A stretch of DNA of 64,000 bases from Parcubacteria group bacterium Gr01-1014_20 (lineage in GTDB: Bacteria > Patescibacteriota > Minisyncoccia > UBA6257 > 2-01-FULL-56-20), in NCBI GenBank assembly GCA_007376265.1, contig VMFW01000006.1, positions 10,930 to 74,929 of the forward strand. The letters are read 5' to 3'. Position 1 is the stretch's first letter; each line of letters opens with the position of its first letter. The notes beneath the pieces were generated by a model that saw nothing but the letters and a program-made list of their open reading frames with translations, had not been told where the DNA came from and did no database searches. The translations under genes and the position numbers were made by a program. Shown one piece after another: positions 38,201 to 47,224 of this stretch.

Positions 38201-40738
38201 TTATTTTCTAGTTGTTTCGACTGACATGCGGGTGCGAGTGCCAAGTAGTTTCATCACACCTTCAAAAGGTGTGCCCCCAAAGAGTTGAGCCAGAATGTCG
38301 GCCGCACTCACACCGCTCATCGCCGCCATTGGCGCGAGGGCGGTTGCGATTTTTTCGACAAGAGCTTGGTCAGAGAAGGTGGTGAGCGCAACGGCAAGAT
38401 TGGCATCAACTGCCTGGGCGCGTTTCACGATCTCTTCTGTTTCGCCCTTCATGCGATCAATCTCGGCTCCAATTTCAGCTTTCTTGGCAGCGATTTCCTG
38501 ATCGAACACGGCCTGCTTGCGAGCAAGATCGGCTGCATTCAAGCTGGTGAGAGTCTCTTGATCCGCTTGTTGATTAGCAAGACGTTTGGTTGCTGCCTGC
38601 GCTTCGGCCTCGATACGAGCCAGATTCGTTGTGAGCTTGGACTGAATCTGGGATTGCTCGATCTCTTCCAAGCTTTTTGCGGTTTCCGCCACAGCGCCGG
38701 CTTTGCCGCGCTTGATCTCTTCTGAGCGCCTGGTGATTTCGAGATCGCGCTCGTCGTTCGAAATGCGGAGCGCCGCTTGAAGGGACTCGATTTGGGCGGT
38801 GGTGAGAAGTCGAGCGACTTCGGGATTGCCGATTTTCACATCGAGAACCTCGACGTCGTAGACACGCATGCCGTTTTCGGCCATGGCTCGTCCCGCCCGC
38901 TTACCGCCTTCATCCGGTGTTCCGAGAACGGCATCCCGAATGATATCGATCGCTTGGGCGTAGAACTCTTCAATACCGTGATGCTTGGCGGTGTTTCGAA
39001 TGAGCGAGCGCAGGTGGTCGACTAAGAAACGAACATAGTTTTCCACCGCGAACCAATGTTCTGGTTCGTCGCCCTCGAAATTAACGCGATAGGAGAGACT
39101 GACGTCCACTTGGACGAGGTCCTGCGTTTCGACTCGAACCACATCTGAAACTTTGTTGTTTTTGACACGGAGATAGGCTGTGCCCAACAACCGGTCATCT
39201 GTTTTGGGAGTGCCGGTCGAGAGCTCCATCGACATGAGAGTTTCGTCGTACTGAAGAAGGATTGTTTCTGGTCCTTGGACAACGCGGCGAGTGCCCATTT
39301 TGCTTACCACGAGCACAGCGTAGCCAGTCCAGACGTCAATGGCCACAGCACCTTCATACTTAGTATCAAGAATGACCGTGCGCGGCGGTGTGAACGTGGT
39401 GCCACGACGGAACGTGTCTCCCATGACTGAATCTTCCGGACCCTTGCTGCGAGATACCGCCGCGATGCTTCTACGCATCACGTCAGTTTGGAGATATTCT
39501 CCGGGTGGGAGGCTATTGCTCAGTGTGGCAAGCTCCTCGTTCACCTGGAGAGAGCGCTGATTCCCCGGATACCAAAGCTCGACCGTTTTAAGATCGAGAA
39601 CACGGCGAATGATAACTTCCTTGCGGGGATCTGGGAGAAGCATGATGGGTCCTGTGACCAATCGAACTTCGCCTTTCTTGCGATCGAGGAGGTAGCGACC
39701 CTCGCCGGAAGGCACGGCTACGGCGTAGTGAATGGTTTGATCGCCGTACCGGATGATGCTGTGTTCCTCTCGTGGGAAGTAGATAGCCTGATCCTTGCCA
39801 GTGACGAAGAGTTCGTCGCCCACCTTGTGGGTTACTTCTTCCTCTGTGTAGTCAGCAATGACTTTGAGGTAAATGCCGCTGTTTTCGTTCAGCTCAATCG
39901 CGCGAAACTTCCGATTACCGTCTTTTGTAACAAACGTTTCCGTTGGCTCCGGAAAGACAACATCCGGACCTTGCTTGTAGCGCTTGTTACCATCCTCGTC
40001 GAGGAGGATGCAATACTCAAGGCGTTCAAGGGTGACCGCTTCGCGAACATAGGTTTCGGCACTTCCGACTTTCTCGGGAATGACTTCGACACCTGTGGGC
40101 GGAATGAAGAATGCTACCTCAGTTCCTTTAATCACCATCAACTGGCCCATGGTGAAGGTCGGTGGAGATACCGCTGTGTTAGGTGTGGCGGGCGGAGTGT
40201 CTGTGGTTGTTCCAGGCGCCGGTGTTTTATCTCCGGCTGTTCCGGTTGGTGGCGTTTGTGGTTTTACTACCGCTTGAGCCCAGTTGAGTCGGGCCTCTTC
40301 GTCGTTGTAGACGCGAACCACGAGGTACTGATTTGAGCGGAGATGGTGCCCTTCGATCACTTTGGCTGTTTGACCGGGCCAGAGTGGAAAGTGGGTTGGC
40401 CCAGGAATGTTTACCCGGCGTCCCATCTTGAGGTTGGCCATTACGGTTGAGGCGGCTTCGCGAGGATGTTCGTCTTTACCAGCATCAACTGGATTGGTGA
40501 GGACGAGATAGAAACCTTCTGGCGCGTTCGGATAAGCTTGGGCGGCTTCTTCAGAACCGCACCGACTGAAACGACGTTCTTTGGGATCCCATTGGACCGG
40601 CTGGTCCGTGTCGGACATGCTAGTTTTGTTGGGACCCACAATGACGTTGACGAGTCCTTTGGTCGTGTCGAGGACAAAGGCGAATTCACCGGGGGCAAGG
40701 ACTAGATCGCGACCTCGCCCTAGACTGTCTTGTGCCAT
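38201..40738 (-). CDS. Major vault protein (MVP) homologue
   Basis: Repeated vault-type units (VNVIVGP, RYKQGPDVVFP, VRLVTGPIMLLP, RRVVQGPETILLQYDETLMSMELSTGTPK), SPFH-like shoulder (SDVVRVETQD...WFAVENYV...IIRDAVLG...ENGMRVYDVEV), C-terminal coiled coil; 845 aa. Confidence 0.88.
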   Translation of the reverse strand: MAQDSLGRGRDLVLAPGEFAFVLDTTKGLVNVIVGPNKTSMSDTDQPVQWDPKERRFSRCGSEEAAQAYPNAPEGFYLVLTNPVDAGKDEHPREAASTVMANLKMGRRVNIPGPTHFPLWPGQTAKVIEGHHLRSNQYLVVRVYNDEEARLNWAQAVVKPQTPPTGTAGDKTPAPGTTTDTPPATPNTAVSPPTFTMGQLMVIKGTEVAFFIPPTGVEVIPEKVGSAETYVREAVTLERLEYCILLDEDGNKRYKQGPDVVFPEPTETFVTKDGNRKFRAIELNENSGIYLKVIADYTEEEVTHKVGDELFVTGKDQAIYFPREEHSIIRYGDQTIHYAVAVPSGEGRYLLDRKKGEVRLVTGPIMLLPDPRKEVIIRRVLDLKTVELWYPGNQRSLQVNEELATLSNSLPPGEYLQTDVMRRSIAAVSRSKGPEDSVMGDTFRRGTTFTPPRTVILDTKYEGAVAIDVWTGYAVLVVSKMGTRRVVQGPETILLQYDETLMSMELSTGTPKTDDRLLGTAYLRVKNNKVSDVVRVETQDLVQVDVSLSYRVNFEGDEPEHWFAVENYVRFLVDHLRSLIRNTAKHHGIEEFYAQAIDIIRDAVLGTPDEGGKRAGRAMAENGMRVYDVEVLDVKIGNPEVARLLTTAQIESLQAALRISNDERDLEITRRSEEIKRGKAGAVAETAKSLEEIEQSQIQSKLTTNLARIEAEAQAATKRLANQQADQETLTSLNAADLARKQAVFDQEIAAKKAEIGAEIDRMKGETEEIVKRAQAVDANLAVALTTFSDQALVEKIATALAPMAAMSGVSAADILAQLFGGTPFEGVMKLLGTRTRMSVETTRK

Positions 40739-40885
40739 GCACCACTCCTTTTGATCTGCTGGCTATCCAGCGTTAGTTGTTAAAGAACCCTTTGTTCCTT
40801 GAGAGAACAGCTCTCATTTGAACCAACTAGTTATAGCTTGTTTTTGCGAATTGTCAATATTTTAACAAGTAAAAAAGGCCTAAAT

Positions 40886-40915
40886 AATCAAAAACCCCTT
40901 TCGGGGTTTTTGATT
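40886..40915. terminator. Bidirectional intrinsic terminator
   Basis: AATCAAAAACCCC-tttc-GGGGTTTTTGATT, perfect 13-bp stem. Confidence 0.8.
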
Positions 40916-40948
40916 GCGTTTTTCACGCTTTTCTTTTCTCTTGTTGAC

Positions 40949-42973
40949 TTAGGCAGAGTTCGGATTGTCGGTGTGTGTTCCTTCACCACTAAGGAGAATC
41001 GCTTCTCCCGTCGTTGAGGTAACAGCTCCGCTCACTCCAGGGTTTTTTGTTTCCTCTTCTTTCCGGTGTTTCCAGAAAAATAAGAAGAAGATCCAAAGCA
41101 GGAGGAGAAGAATCAGGAAGGCTAATAGACCAAGTTGCCAGCCTGTAAACTGTGCGAATAATCCGGCTAAAAGGTTTCCGAAGGGAGTGCCATCGCCAGT
41201 TTCGATGGAACCAACTGCGGTTGAGGTTTCATTTGAGATTGGAGTTTCCACCTTGGGCGTTTCCTCGTGAGGAATGCTGGGTGGAGTTGTAGTTTCAATT
41301 TCCTCGTTAGGAATTGAAGAAGGTGCTAGGGGAACAATCGGATTACTTACACTTAGTTTATAGCTAACGCTTGAGCTATTTTGATTATCCTTTGCTTCAA
41401 CGGTGATCTCGAATTCCCTACCCGCATCAGATTCGCTCGGAATCCAAAGAATGATTCCATTTTGGTTACCAATCAACATTCCGGGTGGAGCTGATTTCAG
41501 GGAGTAGACGATCGGGTCGTTTTCCGGATCGATAGCTTCGGTGTCGTAAAGGTGCATCTGACCTGACACAACTTGAGTGGGAGGATTAAAATTGATGAAC
41601 TGGGGTGGGAGATTAATACCTCCACCCGAAGTTCCGCCCCCTCCCCCGCCACCGGTTAAAATCACGGTTGTACCTCCCCCACCACTCGGTGGAGTGACTA
41701 CTGGAGGAGCTGGTTTCGGAGAAACCAGGATGGTGTAGGTCTGACTCGATGTGCTCGTGCCATCGGAAATTTGAACGGTAACCGTATAAGGCGTGCTAGT
41801 TGCCTGATCCTCGGTTGGTGTCCATTCAATTAGTCCCGTTGAACTAGAGATAGTCATACCGACTGGATATGAGGGTAGGCTGAAGGTTATCGGGCTACCA
41901 TCTGGATCATTGGCGTTTACGTCATAGTTGTAAGCCTCTGTCGCAGTTGCAGTTGTCGGTGGGTTAAAAGCTTCAAAAATAGGAAGCTGATTTTCACCAC
42001 AGGTTGGAGCGGATGCTCCACGGTTGACGTGATTTACCATCGTGACCACATCGATTACGTCCACCACACCGTCACCGTTTAAGTCTGGTTTGGCTAGAGG
42101 ATGAGGCAGGCCATTTTCGAAGGCGATCAGAGTTATCAGATCAAGATCAAGTTGGTTGATCAGTCCATCACCATTTAGATCGCCACACTTAAAGGCATTG
42201 GTTGGTAGGGAAACGAGGAGCGAGAAGATTTCGCTGACTTCGTTTTCTCCGTCGGTTACGCTAATCGTAACTGTGTACGGGGTGCTCGTGGCGTCAAAGA
42301 CAGTCGGTGTCCATTCAATCAATCCGGTTGAACTCGAGATGGTCATGCCGACTGGCGAGGCCGTAAGCGAGAAAACCAAGGGTTGATTCTCGGGATCCGT
42401 CGCTTCCACATCGTAACTGTAGTATTCGGTCGCTAGTGTCGAGGTGGGTGGATTAAAATCGCCGAAAATTGGCGATTGATCAGAGTGCTCATCGTTTTCC
42501 GTGCACTCTTCGGGGAGTTGGCCTCGATTAACATAGTTTACGAGGATGACTATATCGACGATGTTGGGAGCTCCATCACCGTTCAAATCGTAATTTGATC
42601 CGGGGATGGCTTCGCCGCCTTCGAAAATATAGTTTTGGGCTAACTCCAGATCATTTCCATCCACAACGTTATTCTGATCAATATCTCCACAGTGACTAGG
42701 TAGTAACCCGCTCTCTGGGGTTAGAGAAGACTCGATCAAAAGACCAGAAACCATTATTTCCAATCCTTCTTCATTAGAGTTCTCCCCCGCTCCCTCTTCC
42801 GAGGAGGTTGAGGTTGGCTCATTCTCTAGGCTGGCCGGAATTTCTGGATCTGTAGCTTCGACTGCTACGGCTGGTTCGATAACGACCGTTTCACCTTCGA
42901 TAGTTTCCGCTCGCGATCCTTGCGGCAATAAAATCAAAGCAAGAGAAAAGAATACTAAAAGTATTCTTTTCAT
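40949..42973 (-). CDS. Surface protein with two dockerin-type domains and three cadherin/He_PIG Ig-like repeats
   Basis: Signal peptide; paired GD(I/L)xxxxxxxxxD and DLNGDG..D Ca-binding loops twice; YSYDVEATDP...GMTISSSTGLIEWTP repeats; C-terminal TM. Confidence 0.85.
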   Translation of the reverse strand: MKRILLVFFSLALILLPQGSRAETIEGETVVIEPAVAVEATDPEIPASLENEPTSTSSEEGAGENSNEEGLEIMVSGLLIESSLTPESGLLPSHCGDIDQNNVVDGNDLELAQNYIFEGGEAIPGSNYDLNGDGAPNIVDIVILVNYVNRGQLPEECTENDEHSDQSPIFGDFNPPTSTLATEYYSYDVEATDPENQPLVFSLTASPVGMTISSSTGLIEWTPTVFDATSTPYTVTISVTDGENEVSEIFSLLVSLPTNAFKCGDLNGDGLINQLDLDLITLIAFENGLPHPLAKPDLNGDGVVDVIDVVTMVNHVNRGASAPTCGENQLPIFEAFNPPTTATATEAYNYDVNANDPDGSPITFSLPSYPVGMTISSSTGLIEWTPTEDQATSTPYTVTVQISDGTSTSSQTYTILVSPKPAPPVVTPPSGGGGTTVILTGGGGGGGTSGGGINLPPQFINFNPPTQVVSGQMHLYDTEAIDPENDPIVYSLKSAPPGMLIGNQNGIILWIPSESDAGREFEITVEAKDNQNSSSVSYKLSVSNPIVPLAPSSIPNEEIETTTPPSIPHEETPKVETPISNETSTAVGSIETGDGTPFGNLLAGLFAQFTGWQLGLLAFLILLLLLWIFFLFFWKHRKEEETKNPGVSGAVTSTTGEAILLSGEGTHTDNPNSA

Positions 42974-43118
42974 AATTTTTTATTTTTTGGACTCTAACTG
43001 GTTGTTCCAATCTCAAACTTATTTTAAGTTTTAAAGGTGCTTTTGATGTGGTACGACTGTACTCTAAATTTGCTACCTCGTCAACGGACGAAAATGGGTG
43101 AATTTTATCAGTTTTGAA

Positions 43119-43559
43119 TCATCTCTCGTAAATACCTATGAGTTCGGTTTTTTCAATGAGGTAGGGCTCGAGGGCGAGTTCCAGCTCCTCTTTAGAGGAG
43201 CTCGGTGGTATTTTTAGGTTATCACTCAAGGCGTAAAGCTTGAAAAAGTATCTATGAGGTTTACCGTCTGGGGGGCAGGGGCCGGTATAACCGATTTTTT
43301 GCCGGCCGTTTAGGCCTTCAATGGCAAAGGGTGGCCGACTCTCTTGCTTAATAGTTTGGGTTTTGGGACCAATGTTCCAGGCTAACCAATGCGTAAAGTT
43401 GCCAGCTGGAGCATCGGGATCATCCACGATGAGGGCCAAACTTACGGTTTTGGCGGGAACGTTTTGAATGATTAGTTCTGGATTGACGTTGCCGCCGTCA
43501 CAGGTGAATTTCTGTGGTATTTTTTCGTTATGGTTAAAAGATGGACTAGTTAGAAGCAT
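43119..43559 (-). CDS. YbhB/YbcL (PEBP/RKIP) family protein
   Basis: FTCDG, DDPDAP, FTHW, YTGPCPP and HRYFFKLYAL motifs. Confidence 0.92.
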   Translation of the reverse strand: MLLTSPSFNHNEKIPQKFTCDGGNVNPELIIQNVPAKTVSLALIVDDPDAPAGNFTHWLAWNIGPKTQTIKQESRPPFAIEGLNGRQKIGYTGPCPPDGKPHRYFFKLYALSDNLKIPPSSSKEELELALEPYLIEKTELIGIYER

Positions 43560-43651
43560 AAAATTATTGGATTTTTTGACGTAGTATCATCTTAGCACTA
43601 GCCAAAAATTAAAAAAGAGGCGCCAGATTGATTGACGCCTCAAAATTTTTT

Positions 43652-43873
43652 TTAGTGGCTCTTCTCCTTGAGTGGTCCGGATGGAAAGCATGCGGAGATG
43701 CTTGCTGGTCGAAACTGATCTTCGTGAGAAACTTTTACTCCACACATTTGGGCCTTGCCAAGGGTTCTTTGTTGAATCCCTTTTCCGTTTCTTTTTTTCT
43801 TCTTTTTTCTCCCGTCTTCTTTTGAGGTGGAGTTTGTTGCGTTGCTTGTTTGAACCGCAGTCTTGACCCTCAC
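43652..43873 (-). CDS. Small basic hypothetical protein (frame uncertain)
   Basis: GTG after SD AAGGAGG; stop just before the terminator at 43611-43641. Confidence 0.35.
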   Translation of the reverse strand: MRVKTAVQTSNATNSTSKEDGRKKKKKRNGKGIQQRTLGKAQMCGVKVSHEDQFRPASISACFPSGPLKEKSH

Positions 43874-43945
43874 TCAAACCCTCCTTTGAAATGTGTTTAG
43901 AGCTGATGCTGATTCTAGCAGTTTGATAGGGTTTTGCAATACTCC

Positions 43946-44272
43946 TTACTCGCTCACTGACTCGTCGTAAACTTTTTTGAGGATATCCCGGGTGATATCG
44001 CTTCTGGGTTTTGTCACACCTGGGTATCGCCAAGCGGATATAATCTTACGTTTGGTTTTCCCTTCCTCCAGCATGACCCAGAGCTCGTAGGGATGCTTCC
44101 CGCTTCCAGCCCGTTGCATCATGGCGATTGTTTCGGGAGCAACCCCCTCTTCAATTCGTTGCGGCGTATGGATGATTCTTCTAACTCTCGCTTCAGAGAG
44201 ACCATAATAACGCATCTTAGACCGGCTGTGCGAGGTCCAGTGAAGTTTTTTTAGAGGTTTTATTTCAGGCAT
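43946..44272 (-). CDS. Conserved hypothetical protein (DUF4258/RelE-like fold suspected)
   Basis: WTSHSRSKMRYYGLSEARV and KIISAWRYPG motifs; TATAAT just upstream. Confidence 0.7.
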   Translation of the reverse strand: MPEIKPLKKLHWTSHSRSKMRYYGLSEARVRRIIHTPQRIEEGVAPETIAMMQRAGSGKHPYELWVMLEEGKTKRKIISAWRYPGVTKPRSDITRDILKKVYDESVSE

Positions 44273-44323
44273 CTTGCATTAGATTATAATAGAAAAGCCC
44301 CCGTGATTGCAGGGGCTTTGGAG

Positions 44324-45280
44324 TTAGGGAAGGTTTTGGCGCATGAAATTTAGCAGATTGAGGCCCAAGATGTTTTGAGCCGAAGTCTCCGGGAGGAACT
44401 CTCTGATTTTTTCCGAAATGACTGTCATTCGGTCGGCTGAGTTTAGTTGGAGGGGTTGTTCTGGCCATCGGTGATTCCAGGAATCACCGTTTTTACACAG
44501 CCTGGATTTCAACTCGGCAGTCGCGGTTTGCCATTCGGATGGATCAAGGTTTTTGTACCAACCGTCGCTACCGATGCAGACTGCCCTCGACCCGGCGATT
44601 AAGAGAGAGTGTCGGATGTGATCAAAAAATGGTTCCAGGCCATTGTCGACTTCATCGAGAATGAAGGTTAGGGACGGGATGCCGATGATGCCGCCCATTC
44701 TAGCAACCGCAAAAATAATGTCGTCGGGAGCGTTTCGGAGATGCTTAAAAACACTGTAGCAACCGCTATGGCTTAACATCACACGCGGCTTCCCACTCTT
44801 TCCATCAAGAAAGTCTAGAGTGTCGCGCGCACTCCGATGACCAAGGTGGGACAGGTCAACAATCATTCCAACCCTTAAGCAATCGTCAAGGATGCGCCGG
44901 CCGGCTTTCGTAAGGGGCTTTTCGGGCTCGTTGAATCCGGAGCCGAAAATTCCATGACTATCGTAAGAAAGACAGACGATTCTTACGCCGATGTGAAAAA
45001 GAGTTTCGATTGAGGCATTATCGGGAAGATGCTGTAAGCCCAGGATGACTTGGGTTTTTCCATTCATAGAGAGATCACTCGCGCGACGAATAACTTTCAG
45101 GTTTTGAGATTCTAGTCTGGAGGCAAAGGTTCGATGTTCTTGAATGACCTCCCCCATCGAAACAAATGTCGGCGCGCACGAGGTAGCGTGAACGAGATTT
45201 AGTTTTAGATCTGGATCCGCGACCGGCGGCTTTCCTGGAAAATCCAGAAACCCGAGTGAATCGGCAAAAAAATCTGACAT
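44324..45280 (-). CDS. Membrane dipeptidase (peptidase M19)-like protein, divergent
   Basis: LTKAGRR, GMIVDLSH, SHSG...HLRN, GGIIG and IGSD motifs; SD GGGAGG; terminator at 44293-44319. Confidence 0.8.
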   Translation of the reverse strand: MSDFFADSLGFLDFPGKPPVADPDLKLNLVHATSCAPTFVSMGEVIQEHRTFASRLESQNLKVIRRASDLSMNGKTQVILGLQHLPDNASIETLFHIGVRIVCLSYDSHGIFGSGFNEPEKPLTKAGRRILDDCLRVGMIVDLSHLGHRSARDTLDFLDGKSGKPRVMLSHSGCYSVFKHLRNAPDDIIFAVARMGGIIGIPSLTFILDEVDNGLEPFFDHIRHSLLIAGSRAVCIGSDGWYKNLDPSEWQTATAELKSRLCKNGDSWNHRWPEQPLQLNSADRMTVISEKIREFLPETSAQNILGLNLLNFMRQNLP

Positions 45281-45374
45281 TTACCCCTCCCCTCACTTCT
45301 GGTGAATTATTTCAAAATTTTCAGCTGTTAAAGAACAATAGCGGAGTAAATTTTATCACTAGGGGCAGTAATCG

Positions 45375-46061
45375 TCAAACTGTGGTGGCCTTCACGGCAT
45401 TTTTTCTGTAGCTACAATACTCACATTCAGCCGAAGGATCGGGGGCTTTATCCGCCTCGCTAATTTTTTTGGCGTTTAGAATAGCCGCTTCAACCCAGGA
45501 GTTGTCACCAGTATAGGCTTCAACAAAAAGATCAAAAGCTAGTGCGGCTTTCCCGAAACCAAAACCTTCCGCCTTGTTGGCTTTAGCAAAAACAAAGTAG
45601 CCAGTTTTTGAAACTTTGTGCTTATTTTGCTCTAGGAGCCACTGATAGATTTCCATTTGGCGGCCGTATGAATCGTAGATTTTATGATTTTGAGCACCAG
45701 TAGCTTTATAGTCAACCACCATCAGTTCCCCCTTTGGGTTTTGCCAAATATCATCGACGGCTCCAAAGACAAGAAGTTCGCTTGGTTTATGGTGAAATTG
45801 AATTCCGGTAAAGTTGTGACGCCAAGTATTGATTTCGGGATGATCAAAAGGTACCGCCTCTATCATATGAGTGACCATAACTGGGTGGGGAGTTTTTTGC
45901 TCACGGTGCTGATCAAATTCCTGTTTCAGTAGATAGTCTACGGCGTTATTCAGGGTGAACGGAAAACCTGGTGGTCGTTTAACCCCTTTTGCTACATCTA
46001 ACCAAAAACAGCGAGGACATTCTAGTGAAAGTTCTATTTTTGAGCGGGATATTTTTTGCAT
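45375..46061 (-). CDS. PD-(D/E)xK nuclease family protein with a putative 4-Cys metal site
   Basis: ECPRCFW, GAVDDIW, VVDYK, QMEIY and CEYC motifs. Confidence 0.85.
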   Translation of the reverse strand: MQKISRSKIELSLECPRCFWLDVAKGVKRPPGFPFTLNNAVDYLLKQEFDQHREQKTPHPVMVTHMIEAVPFDHPEINTWRHNFTGIQFHHKPSELLVFGAVDDIWQNPKGELMVVDYKATGAQNHKIYDSYGRQMEIYQWLLEQNKHKVSKTGYFVFAKANKAEGFGFGKAALAFDLFVEAYTGDNSWVEAAILNAKKISEADKAPDPSAECEYCSYRKNAVKATTV

Positions 46062-46169
46062 AGTTAGAATTATACCCTAGAAAAAACACAAAGCGATACC
46101 ATCGCGATCGTTCTTGTCTTAGTTACCGTACTGATAATGATTTTGGGAACCTTATTTGGCCTAAAAAAA

Positions 46170-46198
46170 TTGACAAACGATTTACAGTATGATATACT
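46170..46198 (+). promoter_or_regulatory. Near-consensus sigma70 promoter
   Basis: TTGACA-17-TATACT with an extended -10 TG. Confidence 0.75.
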
Positions 46199-46222
46199 GG
46201 CAAATAGAAGGAGGTGGTGGAA

Positions 46223-46357
46223 ATGCCAGGAGCATTTCTCTTTGGACACGAAAAGGACGGCTCGTCGAAGATTGTGGCCGTTGTGACGCCGGGAGGTAGT
46301 TATCCTTGGATAAAGCGTTTCCCGGAAAAGAAAAAAGTGTCAAAATTAAAGAAGTAG
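46223..46357 (+). CDS. 44-aa basic peptide (MPGAFLFGHEKDG...KKVSKLKK)
   Basis: Manual translation; SD AAGGAGGTG and strong promoter. Confidence 0.55.
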   Translation: MPGAFLFGHEKDGSSKIVAVVTPGGSYPWIKRFPEKKKVSKLKK

Positions 46358-46381
46358 CTCAAATAAGCTCATCGGACGAGC

Positions 46382-47203
46382 TTATTTTTTTAGGTTTTTT
46401 AGATAAGCCAGTCCCCCATAAAGACCACCGAAATCGCCTAAGGAGGCTTTTCTGATTAAGGGTAGGACTGGGAACGCGGTGTGAATTTTCTTCAGATAGA
46501 ACTCGACACGTGGAACGGAGATGCCGACTTTCTTCATCATGGAGCCTCCTAAGACAACCACGTCTGGCGACCAATGAACGATGGTGTTGTTGACTCCGTA
46601 AGCCAAAAGTTCAGCTAATTTCTCCCAAAATTTAGAATCGGTTATTTCGTACGGTTTCTTACCGAACTGTTTTTCAATTGCTCGGCCGGATACCAAGTTT
46701 TCAAGGTCAAGCGGTTTACGATTTTTACAGTCGATGATTTGTTTGCCGGGTTCGAAACCTAAGGAATTTTCGTCAATTCCGCCATTTATGATTCTGGCTC
46801 CACCGACGCCGGTGCCGGTTGTGATGTAAGCGACAATCTTTTTGCCCTTGCCAGCGCCAAAAGTGGCCTCACCCAGACCGGCCATAGCCGAATCATTTTC
46901 AAGATAGATTTCAGCATCAATAAATTTAGAGAGTTCCTTCATAAGCGGCATATTGTTCCAACCAGGAAGATTGGCCGCATTGGCGATCTGAGTTCTGTCC
47001 CTGTTAAATGGCCCTGGAACACCTCCGGCGGCGGCTTTGATTTTTTTACCCTCGGTTAGTTCGGAGACCATGCGACCGAATTGATGAATTCCATCACCAA
47101 AATTCTGAGGAGTTGGTTCAACCCGGAGTTCCGCGATGTCTTTTCCGTCTTTGGAGACGGCAACACGCATTTTAGTGCCGCCCATGTCGAACAAGAGGTA
47201 CAT
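46382..47203 (-). CDS. ROK family sugar kinase
   Basis: DMGGTK, LENDSAMAGLGE, GTGVGG and VVLGGS motifs. Confidence 0.9.
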   Translation of the reverse strand: MYLLFDMGGTKMRVAVSKDGKDIAELRVEPTPQNFGDGIHQFGRMVSELTEGKKIKAAAGGVPGPFNRDRTQIANAANLPGWNNMPLMKELSKFIDAEIYLENDSAMAGLGEATFGAGKGKKIVAYITTGTGVGGARIINGGIDENSLGFEPGKQIIDCKNRKPLDLENLVSGRAIEKQFGKKPYEITDSKFWEKLAELLAYGVNNTIVHWSPDVVVLGGSMMKKVGISVPRVEFYLKKIHTAFPVLPLIRKASLGDFGGLYGGLAYLKNLKK

Positions 47204-47224
47204 GTGAGTATTATAGCATTAGTT

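Noticed and set aside
39488-40336. 282-aa plus-strand ORF and similar long antisense ORFs over secD, dnaK and the GHKL gene
   Set aside because: Shadow ORFs opposite well-supported genes, with no start signals or motifs.
41620-41690. C-rich run as a contingency or DNA repeat
   Set aside because: Encodes an in-frame Gly-rich linker with mixed codons.
45375-46061. Cas4 of a CRISPR system
   Set aside because: PD-(D/E)xK with Cys motifs, but no cas1/cas2 or array nearby; treated as a stand-alone nuclease.
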